Part shown: in pieces, positions 14,782 through 25,590 of the stretch
Numbering within the stretch: the first letter of the stretch is position 1
Layout of the letters: the number at the start of each line of letters is the position of its first letter
NCBI GenBank assembly: GCA_028685945.1
Contig: JAQUCZ010000001.1
Coordinates: 1 to 38,441, forward strand
Direction: 5' to 3'
DNA from: Sulfurimonadaceae bacterium
GTDB taxonomy: Bacteria > Campylobacterota > Campylobacteria > Campylobacterales > Sulfurimonadaceae
Length of the DNA: 38,441 nt
Translations under genes and position numbers: made by a program
The notes under the pieces: generated by a model
Database searches by the model: none
Told to the model about the DNA's origin: nothing
Seen by the model: only the letters and a program-made list of their open reading frames with translations

Positions 14782-14790
14782 ATTTTATCA
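14782..14790 (-). promoter_or_regulatory. Extended -10 promoter of the AAA ATPase gene
   Basis: Minus strand TGATAAAAT ~28 nt upstream of the ATG. Confidence 0.5.
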
Positions 14791-14847
14791 TTTCCTTTTA
14801 AAAAGGAAGTAAATTTTTAAATATTTCATTTTTTAGCCCCTAAATCC

Positions 14848-14876
14848 TTGAATACGAGAGGAGATTTCGATACAAT
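14848..14876 (+). promoter_or_regulatory. S10 operon promoter
   Basis: TTGAAT (14848-53), 17-nt spacer, gaTACAAT (14871-76); SD AAGGA before rpsJ. Confidence 0.65.
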
Positions 14877-14931
14877 TCCGTTCCCTTAAAATAGTTAGGC
14901 AAGACCTAACGAGTTCTTTAGAAGGAAAATT

Positions 14932-15243
14932 ATGGAAAAAATTCGTTTGAAGTTGAAAGCTTACGATCATCGTGTACTCGATAGATCAGTAGCGTCAATC
15001 GTAGAGGCTGTTAAGCGTACAGGTGCTGCAATCCGCGGTCCGATACCTTTACCAACAAAGATTCGTAAATATACGGTTATCAAATCTCCGCACGTAAACA
15101 AAAGTTCACGTGAGCAATTTGAGATTCGTATGCATGCTAGAATGATCGACATCGTATCGGCTACGCCGGAAACTGTTGACTCATTGATGAAGCTTGATCT
15201 TGCACCGGAAGTGGACGTAGAAGTTCGCTCTATGGATAAGTAG
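14932..15243 (+). CDS. rpsJ: 30S ribosomal protein S10
   Basis: [34 protein letters not shown]. Confidence 0.98.
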   Translation: MEKIRLKLKAYDHRVLDRSVASIVEAVKRTGAAIRGPIPLPTKIRKYTVIKSPHVNKSSREQFEIRMHARMIDIVSATPETVDSLMKLDLAPEVDVEVRSMDK

Positions 15244-15252
15244 GGGTTTGGT

Positions 15253-15828
15253 ATGGAATATATTGTTGAAAAAATCGGTATGAGCCGTACTATCACGGTA
15301 CCAAGCAAACCTGTAACTCTTTTAAGAGTTCTTGATGCAAAAGTATGTGAAGTAAACGACGGTAGCGCTCTTGTAGCATACAACAGCGGTAAAAAAATGA
15401 ATAAGGCAATCGAAGGGCAACAAAAGAAATACAGCCTTTCATCTGAGTTTAATCGTTTTGTTACTTTAGAAGTAGCAAACGCCGAAGCCGGTGATTTAGA
15501 CGTAGCACCTTTGGCGGAAGCTAAAGTGGTAAAAGCTACTTTCACTACAAAAGGTCGCGGTTTCTCGGGTGCAATGAAGCGCTGGAATTTCGGCGGAGGT
15601 CCTGCTGAGCACGGTCATAGATTTGGACGTAGAACAGGTTCTATCGGTCAAAAAGAGTGGCCAGGTCGTGTTATGAAGGGTAAAAAAATGCCCGGACAAT
15701 ACGGAAATACACAAAACAGTGTAAAAAATGAGATCGTATCTTACGATGCCGAAAACAAGATTCTTGTTGTTTCAGGTTCAGTAAGCGGAGCAAATGGTTC
15801 TCTAGGTCGTATAAAGGTAGCTAAATAA
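15253..15828 (+). CDS. rplC: 50S ribosomal protein L3
   Basis: [30 protein letters not shown]. Confidence 0.97.
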   Translation: MEYIVEKIGMSRTITVPSKPVTLLRVLDAKVCEVNDGSALVAYNSGKKMNKAIEGQQKKYSLSSEFNRFVTLEVANAEAGDLDVAPLAEAKVVKATFTTKGRGFSGAMKRWNFGGGPAEHGHRFGRRTGSIGQKEWPGRVMKGKKMPGQYGNTQNSVKNEIVSYDAENKILVVSGSVSGANGSLGRIKVAK

Positions 15829-16442
15829 TGAGCGCAATTATTTTAAATGAAAAATTGGAAAAAGCTTCTGAGTTAGCATTACCGGAAAGCTTTGCTGGAA
15901 TCAATCCGCACAACTTATATCTTTACGTAAAAGCTGCAAGAGCTGCACAACGTGCTAACTCTGCTTCTGCTTTAACACGCGGAGAGGTAAGCGGAGGCGG
16001 TAAAAAACCATGGTCTCAAAAAGGTGGAGGACGTGCGCGTGCAGGTTCAAGACGTTCACCGGTATTTGTAGGCGGTGGTAAGGCGTTCGGTCCTAAAAAC
16101 AACCGTAACTACGATTTAAAAGTGAATAAAAAGCAAAAGAAACTTGCTTTGAATTTTGCTTTAAGCGAGCATGCACAAAACGGAACTCTCTTCATCGTTG
16201 ATAGCCTTGAAGTACCGTCCGGAAAAACAAAAGATGCTGCTGCAATCTTTAAAGCTTTGAATCAAAGAGATGTTTTAATCGTTAAAACACTTTTAGATGA
16301 GAAAACATATTTAGCATTTGAAAACATCGCTCCTTCTTATGTAATAGAGGAAAATGAATTGAATGCTTATTTAGCTGCAAATTATCGTTCAGTAGTGATC
16401 GAAAAAGCGGTATGGGAAAATCTTGTAGGTGAGGCTAAATAA
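15828..16442 (+). CDS. rplD: 50S ribosomal protein L4
   Basis: [25 protein letters not shown]. Confidence 0.97.
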   Translation: MSAIILNEKLEKASELALPESFAGINPHNLYLYVKAARAAQRANSASALTRGEVSGGGKKPWSQKGGGRARAGSRRSPVFVGGGKAFGPKNNRNYDLKVNKKQKKLALNFALSEHAQNGTLFIVDSLEVPSGKTKDAAAIFKALNQRDVLIVKTLLDEKTYLAFENIAPSYVIEENELNAYLAANYRSVVIEKAVWENLVGEAK

Positions 16443-16723
16443 TGGCAGATATTACAGATATTAAATCTATACTCTATACAGAGAAGACTCTTGGTTTACA
16501 AGAAGATGGCGTGATAGTTGTTCAAACATCACCGCGTATGACTAAAACAGGTCTAAAAGAGGTGTTTCGTGAGTATTTCGGTATTGTTCCAAGCAATATT
16601 AACTCACTAAACCAAAGCGGAAAAACAAAACGTTTCCGTGGTGTAGCAGGTAAACAAAACGACTTCAAAAAGTTCTATGTTACGTTACCTGAAGGTGCAC
16701 AAATAGAAAGTTTGGCGGTTTAA
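16442..16723 (+). CDS. rplW: 50S ribosomal protein L23
   Basis: [20 protein letters not shown]; operon position. Confidence 0.96.
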   Translation: MADITDIKSILYTEKTLGLQEDGVIVVQTSPRMTKTGLKEVFREYFGIVPSNINSLNQSGKTKRFRGVAGKQNDFKKFYVTLPEGAQIESLAV

Positions 16724-16724
16724 T

Positions 16725-17564
16725 ATGGCAATTAAAACTTATAGACCAACAACTCCGAGTCGTCGTTTTATGACGAACGTAGAAAACAGTGATATTACTG
16801 CAAAAGCATCGGTTCGTTCTTTATTAGTAAAGTTACCGGCACATGCAGGACGTAATAACAACGGACGTATCACTTCTCGCCATAAACAAGCGGGTGCAAA
16901 AAAACTTTATCGTATTATCGATTTCAAAAGAGATAAATTCGGTATCCAAGGTACTGTAAGCGCGATCGAGTACGATCCGTACAGAAACTGCCGTATCGCT
17001 CTTGTAACGTATGTTGACGGTGAAAAAAGATACATTATCCAACCAAAAGGTTTGAATGTAGGCGACACGGTTGCTTCTGCAGAATCAGGATTGGACGTAA
17101 AACCGGGTAACGCTATGAAACTTATGAACATCCCTGTGGGTACAATCGTTCATAATGTCGAGTTAAAAGTAGGCAAAGGCGGACAAATGGTTCGTTCTGC
17201 GGGTGCTTCTGCTCAAATCATGGGACGTGACGGAAAATATGTTTCACTTCGTATGCCATCTTCCGAGATGCGTTTAGTATTAGGTGAGTGTTTAGCAACC
17301 GTTGGTGCCGTTGGAAATGAAGAGTACGCAAATATAGTTATCGGTAAAGCAGGTCGTACACGTCATATGGGTATTCGTCCTCAAACTCGTGGTTCTGCAA
17401 TGAACCCTGTTGATCACCCGCACGGTGGTGGTGAAGGTAAAACGAACTCAGGGCGTCATCCGGTTACTCCGTGGGGTAAACCAACGAAGGGTTCTAAAAC
17501 TCGTCGTAAAAAAGCAAGTGATAAACTTATTATTACTCGCCGTAAATCTAATCCGAAGAGGTAG
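16725..17564 (+). CDS. rplB: 50S ribosomal protein L2
   Basis: [32 protein letters not shown]. Confidence 0.98.
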   Translation: MAIKTYRPTTPSRRFMTNVENSDITAKASVRSLLVKLPAHAGRNNNGRITSRHKQAGAKKLYRIIDFKRDKFGIQGTVSAIEYDPYRNCRIALVTYVDGEKRYIIQPKGLNVGDTVASAESGLDVKPGNAMKLMNIPVGTIVHNVELKVGKGGQMVRSAGASAQIMGRDGKYVSLRMPSSEMRLVLGECLATVGAVGNEEYANIVIGKAGRTRHMGIRPQTRGSAMNPVDHPHGGGEGKTNSGRHPVTPWGKPTKGSKTRRKKASDKLIITRRKSNPKR

Positions 17565-17568
17565 TTAA

Positions 17569-17847
17569 ATGGCAAGAAGCGTAAAAAAAGGTCCATTTGT
17601 TGATGATCATTTAATGAAAAAAGTTGTTACCGCTAAAGCTGAAAACAACAAAAAACCGATCAAAACATGGTCTCGCAGAAGTGTTATTCTTCCAGATATG
17701 GTTGGTATGACGCTTAACGTTCATAACGGTCGTCAATTCGTTCCTGTATTCGTTACAGAGAACCACATTGGTTATAAATTAGGTGAATTCGCACCGACTC
17801 GTACATTTAAGGGCCATAAAGGTTCTGTACAGAAAAAGGTAGGTTAA
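17569..17847 (+). CDS. rpsS: 30S ribosomal protein S19
   Basis: [26 protein letters not shown]. Confidence 0.98.
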   Translation: MARSVKKGPFVDDHLMKKVVTAKAENNKKPIKTWSRRSVILPDMVGMTLNVHNGRQFVPVFVTENHIGYKLGEFAPTRTFKGHKGSVQKKVG

Positions 17848-17849
17848 TC

Positions 17850-18167
17850 ATGGCTAGAGCATTATTGAAATTTATCCGTGTGTCCCCTATTAAATCTCGT
17901 CTTGTTGCAAGAGAAATTCAAGGTATGAATGCTGCTGAAGCATTGGCTGCTTTAGAGTTTACTCCGAACAAGGCTGCTAAAATTATCTACAAAGTACTTG
18001 CTTCTGCAGTTGCTAACAGTGGTAATGAGGCTGAAGATTGTATCGTAAAATCTTGTCGTGTTGACAACGGTCCTGTTCTTAAAAGATTCCGTCCGCGTGC
18101 TCGTGGTATGGCTTCCGGTATTCGTAAACCGACAGCACACATTTTAGTAGAAGTAGAGGGTAAATAG
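17850..18167 (+). CDS. rplV: 50S ribosomal protein L22
   Basis: [20 protein letters not shown]. Confidence 0.97.
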   Translation: MARALLKFIRVSPIKSRLVAREIQGMNAAEALAALEFTPNKAAKIIYKVLASAVANSGNEAEDCIVKSCRVDNGPVLKRFRPRARGMASGIRKPTAHILVEVEGK

Positions 18168-18168
18168 T

Positions 18169-18888
18169 ATGGGACAAAAAGTTAATCCTATTGGTTTACG
18201 TCTTGGTATCAACAGAAACTGGGAAAGCAGATGGTTTCCTAACTTTAAAACTGCTCCTGCAGCTTTAGGTGAAGATCACAAGATTCGTACATATTTGAAA
18301 AAAGAGCTTTACTATGCCGGTGTTTCTAACATCATCATCGAAAGAACGGTAAAAAGACTTCGTGTAACTATCGTAGCTGCACGTCCGGGTATCATTATCG
18401 GGAAAAAAGGTTCTGATATCGAGAAACTCAAAGATACTTTACAAGCACTTGTCGGAAAACAAATCTCTGTAAACATCAAAGAGGAGAAAAAAGCTCAAAC
18501 TTCGGCGCAATTGGTTGCTGAAAACGTAGCTACTCAGTTAGAGCGTCGTGTTGCGTTTAGACGTGCGATGAAAAAAGTGATGCAAGGTGCACAAAAATCA
18601 GGTGCAAAAGGTATCAAAATTTCAGTAAGCGGACGTTTAGGCGGTGCAGAGATGGCTCGTACGGAATGGTACTTAGAGGGACGTGTTCCACTTCATACTC
18701 TCCGTGCAAAAATCGATTACGGTTTTGCTGAAGCACATACGACTTACGGTTGTATCGGTGTAAAAGTTTGGATCTTCAAAGGTGAGGTTCTCACTAAAGG
18801 TATCCCTGCTGAAGCTAAAGAAGAGAAAAAAGAGACACGTCGTCCAACGAAACGTGCTCCAAAACGCGAAAGCGGAAAGGCTGAATAA
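18169..18888 (+). CDS. rpsC: 30S ribosomal protein S3
   Basis: [33 protein letters not shown]. Confidence 0.98.
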   Translation: MGQKVNPIGLRLGINRNWESRWFPNFKTAPAALGEDHKIRTYLKKELYYAGVSNIIIERTVKRLRVTIVAARPGIIIGKKGSDIEKLKDTLQALVGKQISVNIKEEKKAQTSAQLVAENVATQLERRVAFRRAMKKVMQGAQKSGAKGIKISVSGRLGGAEMARTEWYLEGRVPLHTLRAKIDYGFAEAHTTYGCIGVKVWIFKGEVLTKGIPAEAKEEKKETRRPTKRAPKRESGKAE

Positions 18889-18890
18889 TC

Positions 18891-19316
18891 ATGTTAATGC
18901 CTAAAAGAACGAAATATCGTAAAGTAATGAAAGGGCGTAACCGCGGTTATGCTCGCAGCGGTTTCACGTTGGCTTTCGGTGATATCGCACTTAAAGCCGT
19001 AGAGGCAGGTCGTATCAACTCTCGTCAGATTGAGTCGGCTCGTATCTCTGCTACACGTCATATTAAGCGTAACGGTAAAATTTGGATTCGCGTATTCCCT
19101 GCTAAACCGTTAACTGCTAAGCCTTTAGAAACTCGTATGGGTAAAGGTAAAGGTTCAGTCGATCAGTGGGTAATGAACATTAAACCGGGTCGTATTATTT
19201 TTGAAATGGGCGGTGTTCCTGAAGAGCTTGCACGCGAAGCGTTAACTCTTGCAATGCACAAATTGCCATTCAAAACAAAAATCATAACTGCGGAGATGAG
19301 CAATGAAATATTCTGA
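18891..19316 (+). CDS. rplP: 50S ribosomal protein L16
   Basis: [18 protein letters not shown]. Confidence 0.98.
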   Translation: MLMPKRTKYRKVMKGRNRGYARSGFTLAFGDIALKAVEAGRINSRQIESARISATRHIKRNGKIWIRVFPAKPLTAKPLETRMGKGKGSVDQWVMNIKPGRIIFEMGGVPEELAREALTLAMHKLPFKTKIITAEMSNEIF

Positions 19317-19491
19317 TTTGGCAGATAAAAGTTCAGCAGAGCTTCAAGCGATGCTTAAAGCGAAAAAAACTGAACTATTTACTTTGAAAATTAAACAAAA
19401 GATGATGCAATTACAAAATACTAGCGAGTTACGTACTGCTAAAAAAGATATTGCAAGAATCAACACTGCACTTAGCGCAGTGGCAAACTAG
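19303..19491 (+). CDS. rpmC: 50S ribosomal protein L29
   Basis: [15 protein letters not shown]; operon position. Confidence 0.96.
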   Translation: MKYSDLADKSSAELQAMLKAKKTELFTLKIKQKMMQLQNTSELRTAKKDIARINTALSAVAN

Positions 19492-19502
19492 GGGCGTAGC
19501 AG

Positions 19503-19751
19503 ATGACACATAAACGTGAAATTCAAGGTAACGTGGTTAAAGTAGCAGGCGACAAAACGGTTAGTATCGTTGTTGAGCGTCGTATTATGCACCCTCGCTA
19601 TCATAAAGTTGTAAAACGTTTCAAAAAGTACCTTGTACATGATGAGCGTAATGAATTAAAAGTAGGTGACGAGATTATTGCGATCGAATGTCGTCCGCTT
19701 TCTAAGACTAAATCTTTTAGACTTAAGACTGTAGTTTCAGGAGAAAAATAA
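19503..19751 (+). CDS. rpsQ: 30S ribosomal protein S17
   Basis: [21 protein letters not shown]. Confidence 0.97.
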   Translation: MTHKREIQGNVVKVAGDKTVSIVVERRIMHPRYHKVVKRFKKYLVHDERNELKVGDEIIAIECRPLSKTKSFRLKTVVSGEK

Positions 19752-20119
19752 TGATCCAAAGTTTTACTCGTCTAAATGTAGCTGACAATACAGGCGCAAA
19801 AGAGATTATGTGTATTAAGGTACTTGGCGGTTCAAAACGTCGCTATGCTACGGTAGGTGATGTTATCATCGCTTCCGTAAAAAAAGCGATCCCGACTGCT
19901 AGAGTTAAAAAAGGTAAAGTAGTAAAAGCCGTAATCGTAAGAACATCTAAAGAGATCCACCGTGAAAACGGTTCTTTAATCCGTTTTGACGACAACGCGG
20001 CAGTTATACTTGATGACAAGAGAGAGCCAATCGGAACTCGTATTTTCGGCCCTGTAGGTCGTGAGGTTCGTTATGCCGGTTTTATGAAAATCGTATCTCT
20101 TGCACCGGAGGTTGTGTGA
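19751..20119 (+). CDS. rplN: 50S ribosomal protein L14
   Basis: [30 protein letters not shown]. Confidence 0.98.
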   Translation: MIQSFTRLNVADNTGAKEIMCIKVLGGSKRRYATVGDVIIASVKKAIPTARVKKGKVVKAVIVRTSKEIHRENGSLIRFDDNAAVILDDKREPIGTRIFGPVGREVRYAGFMKIVSLAPEVV

Positions 20120-20349
20120 TGGCAAAATTTAATTTCAAAAAAGGCGATACCGTAGAGATTATCGCCGGAGACGATCGCGGAACAAAAGCAACCGTACTCG
20201 CCGTAATGCCTAAGAAAAACAAGGTTATCGTCGAGGGTTGTAAAATTGCTAAAAAAGCGGTCAAACCAACTGAAGAGAACACAAAAGGCGGCTTTGTAAA
20301 CAAAGAGATGCCTATTGACGCTTCAAACGTTCGTAAAGTGGAGGCATAA
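20119..20349 (+). CDS. rplX: 50S ribosomal protein L24
   Basis: KKGDTVEIIAGDDRG KOW motif; ATG overlaps the rplN stop. Confidence 0.96.
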   Translation: MAKFNFKKGDTVEIIAGDDRGTKATVLAVMPKKNKVIVEGCKIAKKAVKPTEENTKGGFVNKEMPIDASNVRKVEA

Positions 20350-20353
20350 TTAG

Positions 20354-20899
20354 ATGGCTCGTTTAAAAGATAAATATTTAAGTTTAAAGCCTGCATTGCA
20401 AGCAGAATTAGGTATCAAAAACGTAATGCAAGTACCGCAGATCGATAAAATCGTTATCTCTGTAGGTGCCGGTTTTGCAATGAAAGACAATAAACTTATG
20501 CAAAACATCGAAGATACGATTACTGCAATTGCCGGTCAAAAAGCAAGCACGATAATCGCAAAAAAATCGGTTGCAGGTTTTAAAGTTCGTGAAGGGATGC
20601 CTGTCGGTGTTTGCGTTACGCTACGCGGCGAAAACATGTACAACTTCCTTGATCGTCTTATCTCAATCGCTCTTCCGCGTGTAAAAGACTTCCGTGGTGT
20701 TCCAAGAAACGGATTCGACGGTCGCGGTAACTACAACTTCGGTATTCAAGAGCAATTGATTTTCCCGGAGATCAACTACGATTCAATCATGCAAGTTCAT
20801 GGTATGAATATTACAATCGTAACGACTGCTGATTCTGATAAGGCTGGATTTGCTCTTTTAGAGAAAATGGGTATGCCTTTTACAAAAGGGAGTAAATAA
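20354..20899 (+). CDS. rplE: 50S ribosomal protein L5
   Basis: [24 protein letters not shown]. Confidence 0.98.
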   Translation: MARLKDKYLSLKPALQAELGIKNVMQVPQIDKIVISVGAGFAMKDNKLMQNIEDTITAIAGQKASTIIAKKSVAGFKVREGMPVGVCVTLRGENMYNFLDRLISIALPRVKDFRGVPRNGFDGRGNYNFGIQEQLIFPEINYDSIMQVHGMNITIVTTADSDKAGFALLEKMGMPFTKGSK

Positions 20900-21084
20900 T
20901 GGCTAAGAAGTCTATGATCGCTAAAGCGAACAGAACTCCAAAGTTCAAAGTTCGCGCTTACACAAGATGTCAGATTTGTGGTCGTCCACACTCTGTACTT
21001 CGTGATTTCGGTATTTGTCGCGTTTGCTTTAGAAAAATGGCAAATGAAGGGTTAATCCCAGGCGTTAGAAAGTCAAGCTGGTAA
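20899..21084 (+). CDS. rpsN: 30S ribosomal protein S14, short Zn-binding (C+) type
   Basis: RCQICGRP...CRVCFR, 61 aa. Confidence 0.97.
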   Translation: MAKKSMIAKANRTPKFKVRAYTRCQICGRPHSVLRDFGICRVCFRKMANEGLIPGVRKSSW

Positions 21085-21124
21085 CAGCTTGATACTCCTA
21101 ATTGCAAGCATAAGGAAATAAAAA

Positions 21125-21520
21125 ATGATAAATGATTTAGTAGCGGATGCGTTGACTCGTATTCGTAATGCTGGTATGAGAAGATTGGCGGTTACAACTT
21201 TAGTTCACTCTAAAAGTGTTGAAGCTGTTGCGAACATCTTAGTTGAAAAAGGTTACTTGGATAGTTCTAACGTTCTTGAAGACGGCGTTAAAAAAACTAT
21301 TAAAGTTGTATTGAAATATGATGAGAATGACAGAACTGTGATCAACGAAATCAAAAAAATCTCTAAACCGGGTAGACGTGTTTACAAAGGTAAAGAAGAG
21401 ATTAAACGTTTCAAAAACGGTTACGGAACTATTATTGTTAGTACATCAAAAGGCGTCCTTCCAAATGATAAAGCTTATGAGCTTGGCATTGGCGGTGAAG
21501 TTTTATGTACAGTTTGGTAG
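21125..21520 (+). CDS. rpsH: 30S ribosomal protein S8
   Basis: [29 protein letters not shown]. Confidence 0.98.
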   Translation: MINDLVADALTRIRNAGMRRLAVTTLVHSKSVEAVANILVEKGYLDSSNVLEDGVKKTIKVVLKYDENDRTVINEIKKISKPGRRVYKGKEEIKRFKNGYGTIIVSTSKGVLPNDKAYELGIGGEVLCTVW

Positions 21521-21532
21521 GAGGAATATAAC

Positions 21533-22069
21533 ATGTCAAGAATTGGTAAATTACCTGTAGAATTTGCAGCAGACGTAAAAGTAAGCGCAAACGGAAATGT
21601 TATAACTTTTGCTAAAGGCAAAAATAGTGTTGATTTAGATACAAAAGGGAATGTAGCTTTTGCTATCGAAGGAAACGTTTTAACTTTTAGTACATTGTCC
21701 GACTCTCGTACTCACAGAGCGTTTTGGGGTACATACCGTGCATTAGCGGCTAATATCGTAACAGGTCTACAAACAGGTTATACAAAAAAACTTGAGATTA
21801 ACGGTGTTGGTTACCGTGCTGCTGCAAACGGTAAAGTACTTAATCTTCAACTTGGTTTCTCACACGATATCAACTATCAGCTTCCTGATGCCGTTGATGC
21901 TAGTGTTGAGAAAAACGTTATTACGTTAACAAGCCACGATAAACAAACGCTTGGTCAAGTTGCATCTGAAATCCGTGGATTCCGTCCACCTGAGCCTTAT
22001 AAAGGTAAAGGTGTGAAATATGCTGAAGAGATAATCGCGCGTAAAGCCGGAAAAACATCTAAGAAATAA
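21533..22069 (+). CDS. rplF: 50S ribosomal protein L6
   Basis: MSRIGKLP, GVGYRA, LGFSH, RPPEPYKGKG. Confidence 0.98.
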   Translation: MSRIGKLPVEFAADVKVSANGNVITFAKGKNSVDLDTKGNVAFAIEGNVLTFSTLSDSRTHRAFWGTYRALAANIVTGLQTGYTKKLEINGVGYRAAANGKVLNLQLGFSHDINYQLPDAVDASVEKNVITLTSHDKQTLGQVASEIRGFRPPEPYKGKGVKYAEEIIARKAGKTSKK

Positions 22070-22082
22070 GGGAGGGTATTAA

Positions 22083-22439
22083 ATGAATGCTAGAGTATTA
22101 AAAAGCAAAATTGCAAATCGCTTAAAGCGTAAACGTCGCGTACGTGCAAAAATATCTGGTAGTGCTACACTTCCTCGTGTTTCTGTATTCCGTTCTAATC
22201 GCTATTTGAGTGTCCAAGCTATCGATGACGCAACGTCAACGACTATCTGCGGCTTGAACTCAAAATCTACGGGTCATAAAGCTAACAAAGAGGGTGCTAC
22301 TGCTTTAGGTGCTGCATTTGCTGCAAAACTTAAAGAAGCCGGTATCGCTTCAATCGTTTTTGACCGTAACGGTTACCAATACCACGGCGTTATCGCTGCG
22401 TTTGGTGAATCTCTTCGTGCAAACGAAATTAAGTTCTAG
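22083..22439 (+). CDS. rplR: 50S ribosomal protein L18
   Basis: [20 protein letters not shown]. Confidence 0.97.
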   Translation: MNARVLKSKIANRLKRKRRVRAKISGSATLPRVSVFRSNRYLSVQAIDDATSTTICGLNSKSTGHKANKEGATALGAAFAAKLKEAGIASIVFDRNGYQYHGVIAAFGESLRANEIKF

Positions 22440-22448
22440 GGGCTGACT

Positions 22449-22892
22449 ATGATGCAAATCAATAGAGATGAATTCGAAGAATCAATAGTTAATATTGGTC
22501 GTGTAACAAAAGTTGTAAAAGGTGGACGTCGTTTCCGTTTTACAGCACTTATCGTAGTTGGTAACAAAAAAGGTACTATCGGATACGGTGTTGGTAAAGC
22601 GAAAGAGGTTCCTGATGCAATCCGTAAAGCGGTTGACGAGGCGTTCAAAAACCTTACTACCGTAAAAATCAAAGGTACTACGATTGCACACGATATTGAG
22701 CATAAATTCAATGCAAGTCGTATCTTACTAAAACCGGCATCCGAGGGTACCGGGGTTATCGCAGGTGGAGCGGCTCGTCCGGTTCTTGAACTTGCCGGTT
22801 TCCAAGATATTCTTACAAAGTCTATCGGCTCAAACAATCCAAACACACTCGTACGTGCTACAGTTGAAGCACTGTCTCGTATTAAAGGATAG
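22449..22892 (+). CDS. rpsE: 30S ribosomal protein S5
   Basis: [22 protein letters not shown]. Confidence 0.98.
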   Translation: MMQINRDEFEESIVNIGRVTKVVKGGRRFRFTALIVVGNKKGTIGYGVGKAKEVPDAIRKAVDEAFKNLTTVKIKGTTIAHDIEHKFNASRILLKPASEGTGVIAGGAARPVLELAGFQDILTKSIGSNNPNTLVRATVEALSRIKG

Positions 22893-22895
22893 AAA

Positions 22896-23294
22896 ATGGG
22901 TATTGAAAACTTAACACCTGCAGAGGGTTCGACACACAGCCGTAAACGTGTTGGACGCGGCTGCGGTTCGGGTATGGGTAAAACTTCTACGCGCGGCGGA
23001 AAAGGTCAAACTGCTCGCAGCGGTAGCAAAAGAAAAAGAAACTTCGAGGGTGGACAAACTCCGCTTGCAAGAAGATTACCGAAAATCGGTTTTAACTCTC
23101 GCGTTATGAAACCGTACATTATCAATGTCGATAAAATAACTTCTGTTGCTGAGTTGGCTGAGATCACTATGGAATCTATCCGTGGCGTTCATAAAGTTGC
23201 TCAAGTTGTAAAAAAAGTTAAATTAGTAGGTGCGAACGCAAAAGCTTTAGCATCAAAAATTAAAGACGAAAACGTTACAACAACAGGTAAATAG
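22896..23294 (+). CDS. rplO: 50S ribosomal protein L15
   Basis: [25 protein letters not shown]. Confidence 0.97.
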   Translation: MGIENLTPAEGSTHSRKRVGRGCGSGMGKTSTRGGKGQTARSGSKRKRNFEGGQTPLARRLPKIGFNSRVMKPYIINVDKITSVAELAEITMESIRGVHKVAQVVKKVKLVGANAKALASKIKDENVTTTGK

Positions 23295-23296
23295 TT

Positions 23297-24559
23297 GTGA
23301 ATAAAAATCTAGTTAATAAGATACTTATTACGATAGGGTTTTTATTTATCTACCGCCTACTGGCATACGTGCCGGTTCCGGGCGTCGATACGGCTGTCAT
23401 AGCCTCTTTTTTTGATTCGCATCAATCGGATGCACTCGGTCTTTTTAACATGTTCAGCGGAAACGCCGTAGAAAGACTCTCTATAATATCTTTGGGTATT
23501 ATGCCTTACATCACCGCTTCAATCATTATGGAACTTCTTGCTGCTACTTTCCCTACTCTCGGTCAAATGAAAAAAGAGAGAGACGGTATGGTTAAATATA
23601 TGCAGATTATTCGTTACTCCACTATAGGTATTACAATCGTACAGGCAGTGGGTGTAAGCGTAGGTCTTCAAAGTTTAACCGGTCCTAGCGGCAACAGTGC
23701 TATTCTCATAGACTTCAGTACGTTTTTGACACTTTCTATCGTTTCAATGCTTGCAGGAACTATGCTTCTTATGTGGATCGGTGAGCAGATTACCCAAAGC
23801 GGTATCGGTAACGGTATATCTTTGATCATATTTGCGGGTATCGTTTCGGCGATTCCGAGTGCGATCGGTCAAGCGGTTACTATGGTGAATACGGGTGCTA
23901 TGAGCTTTATTACCGTGCTGTTTATTTTAGCACTTATCCTTGCTACGGTCGGGATAATTATCTACGTTGAGCTTGGGGAGCGTCGTATCCCTATCACGTA
24001 TGCTAAAAAGACTATTATGCAAAATCAAAACAAAAGAGTTATGAATTACATCCCGATCAAAGTAAACCTTTCAGGTGTTATCCCTGTAATCTTTGCAAGT
24101 GCGATCCTGATGTTTCCTATGACTGTTTTATCAAGTAGTTCAAACCCTACCGTACAGGCAATAGCAGACTTTTTAAATCCGAACGGGTATTTCTTTAACT
24201 TCTTAACTTTTGTATTCGTTGTTTTCTTTGCATTCTTTTATGCTTCGATCACGTTCAATGCAAAAGATATTTCGGACAATTTAAAACGTCAAGGTGGATT
24301 TATTCCCGGTATTCGTATCGGTGATGCGACAAAAGAGTTTTTGAATGAAACGGCAAGTCGATTGACTTTTACCGGTGCACTCTATTTGGGACTTGTTGCG
24401 ACATTGCCGTTTATGATTATCAAAGGGATGGGTGTCCCGTTTGTTTTCGGCGGTACAGCCGTTTTAATCGTCGTTCAGGTTGCTTTGGACACGATGAGAA
24501 AAATAGAGGCTCAGTTATATATGAGCAAATATGAAACACTAAGTGCGGTTGGTCTCTAA
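23297..24559 (+). CDS. secY: Preprotein translocase subunit SecY
   Basis: GTG start; LGIMPYITASII, GIGNGISL, GVIPVIFA, FIPGIR, GGT. Confidence 0.97.
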   Translation: MNKNLVNKILITIGFLFIYRLLAYVPVPGVDTAVIASFFDSHQSDALGLFNMFSGNAVERLSIISLGIMPYITASIIMELLAATFPTLGQMKKERDGMVKYMQIIRYSTIGITIVQAVGVSVGLQSLTGPSGNSAILIDFSTFLTLSIVSMLAGTMLLMWIGEQITQSGIGNGISLIIFAGIVSAIPSAIGQAVTMVNTGAMSFITVLFILALILATVGIIIYVELGERRIPITYAKKTIMQNQNKRVMNYIPIKVNLSGVIPVIFASAILMFPMTVLSSSSNPTVQAIADFLNPNGYFFNFLTFVFVVFFAFFYASITFNAKDISDNLKRQGGFIPGIRIGDATKEFLNETASRLTFTGALYLGLVATLPFMIIKGMGVPFVFGGTAVLIVVQVALDTMRKIEAQLYMSKYETLSAVGL

Positions 24560-24561
24560 AA

Positions 24562-25320
24562 ATGGCCATCGCGCTTAGAAAACAAGACGAAATAGAAAAA
24601 CTAAGAGCCGCCAACAAAATCGTAGGCGGCGCCTTAGAGTTGCTTCGCGAAAATACAAAAGCGGGAATTTCTTTAAAAGAGCTTGATGCTATGGCGGAGG
24701 ATTATATCCGCTCTCACGGTGCCAAACCCTCTTTTAAAGGTCTTTACGGATTTCCCAACGCCGTTTGTACCTCCCTCAATCAAGTGATTATTCACGGAAT
24801 CCCTACAGATTATATACTTCAAGAAGGCGATATTATCGGTTACGATATCGGTACGGAGCTTGATGGATATTTCGGTGATGCCGCGATCACTGCTCCCGTA
24901 GGAAAAATATCCAAAGAAGATGAAGCACTTATAGCATGTGCGAAGGATTCTCTCTATTATGCAATAGAGGTGATTGAAGAGGGGATGCGCTTTAAAGAGC
25001 TTTCGATGTTGATCGAAAACTTTATTCGCGCTCGCGGATTTGTTCCGCTTCATAGTTTTTGCGGTCACGGTATCGGGAAAAAACCTCATGAAGAACCGGA
25101 AATTCCGAATTATTTAGAGGGAAAAAATCCAAAAGCGGGTCCAAAAATGAAAAACGGAATGGTTTTTTGTATCGAGCCTATGATCTGTCAAAAAGATTCT
25201 AAGCCGATTATTTTGGAAAATAAGTGGGATGTCGTTAGTGCCGACGGTTTACGCGGTTCACACTATGAGCATACTGTTGCTATAATCAATGGTAAAGCTG
25301 AAATTTTATCTCTTGCATAG
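24562..25320 (+). CDS. map: Methionine aminopeptidase type I
   Basis: IHGIP, GYFGD, GHGIG..HEEP, IEPM, HYEHT. Confidence 0.96.
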   Translation: MAIALRKQDEIEKLRAANKIVGGALELLRENTKAGISLKELDAMAEDYIRSHGAKPSFKGLYGFPNAVCTSLNQVIIHGIPTDYILQEGDIIGYDIGTELDGYFGDAAITAPVGKISKEDEALIACAKDSLYYAIEVIEEGMRFKELSMLIENFIRARGFVPLHSFCGHGIGKKPHEEPEIPNYLEGKNPKAGPKMKNGMVFCIEPMICQKDSKPIILENKWDVVSADGLRGSHYEHTVAIINGKAEILSLA

Positions 25321-25338
25321 AGAAGTAAGGAATACTAA

Positions 25339-25557
25339 ATGGCTAAATCAGATGTTATCGAAGTTGATGGCAAGATTATAGAGGCTTTGCCTAATGCAAC
25401 TTTTCGTGTCGAGTTAGAAAACGGACATATTATTTTATGTCATATTGCAGGAAAAATGCGTATGCACTATATTAAAATATTGCCGGGTGACCGTGTTAAA
25501 CTTGAGTTAACGCCTTATTCGTTGGATAAAGGTAGAATCACTTATCGTTATAAATAA
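25339..25557 (+). CDS. infA: Translation initiation factor IF-1
   Basis: [37 protein letters not shown]. Confidence 0.98.
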   Translation: MAKSDVIEVDGKIIEALPNATFRVELENGHIILCHIAGKMRMHYIKILPGDRVKLELTPYSLDKGRITYRYK

Positions 25558-25582
25558 AAAAGAGAGTTTCGCTCTCTTTTTT
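25556..25582. terminator. Bidirectional intrinsic terminator between infA and the convergent rhodanese gene
   Basis: AAAAAAGAGAG-TTTCG-CTCTCTTTTTT perfect inverted repeat with A/T tracts on both sides. Confidence 0.85.
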
Positions 25583-25590
25583 ACTTCCGT

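Noticed and set aside
14967-15545. 192-aa minus-strand ORF and similar ORFs opposite ribosomal genes
   Set aside because: Shadow ORFs from codon bias in highly expressed genes
22892-24562. No rpmD (L30) between rpsE and rplO and no adk after secY
   Set aside because: Usual arrangement in Campylobacterota
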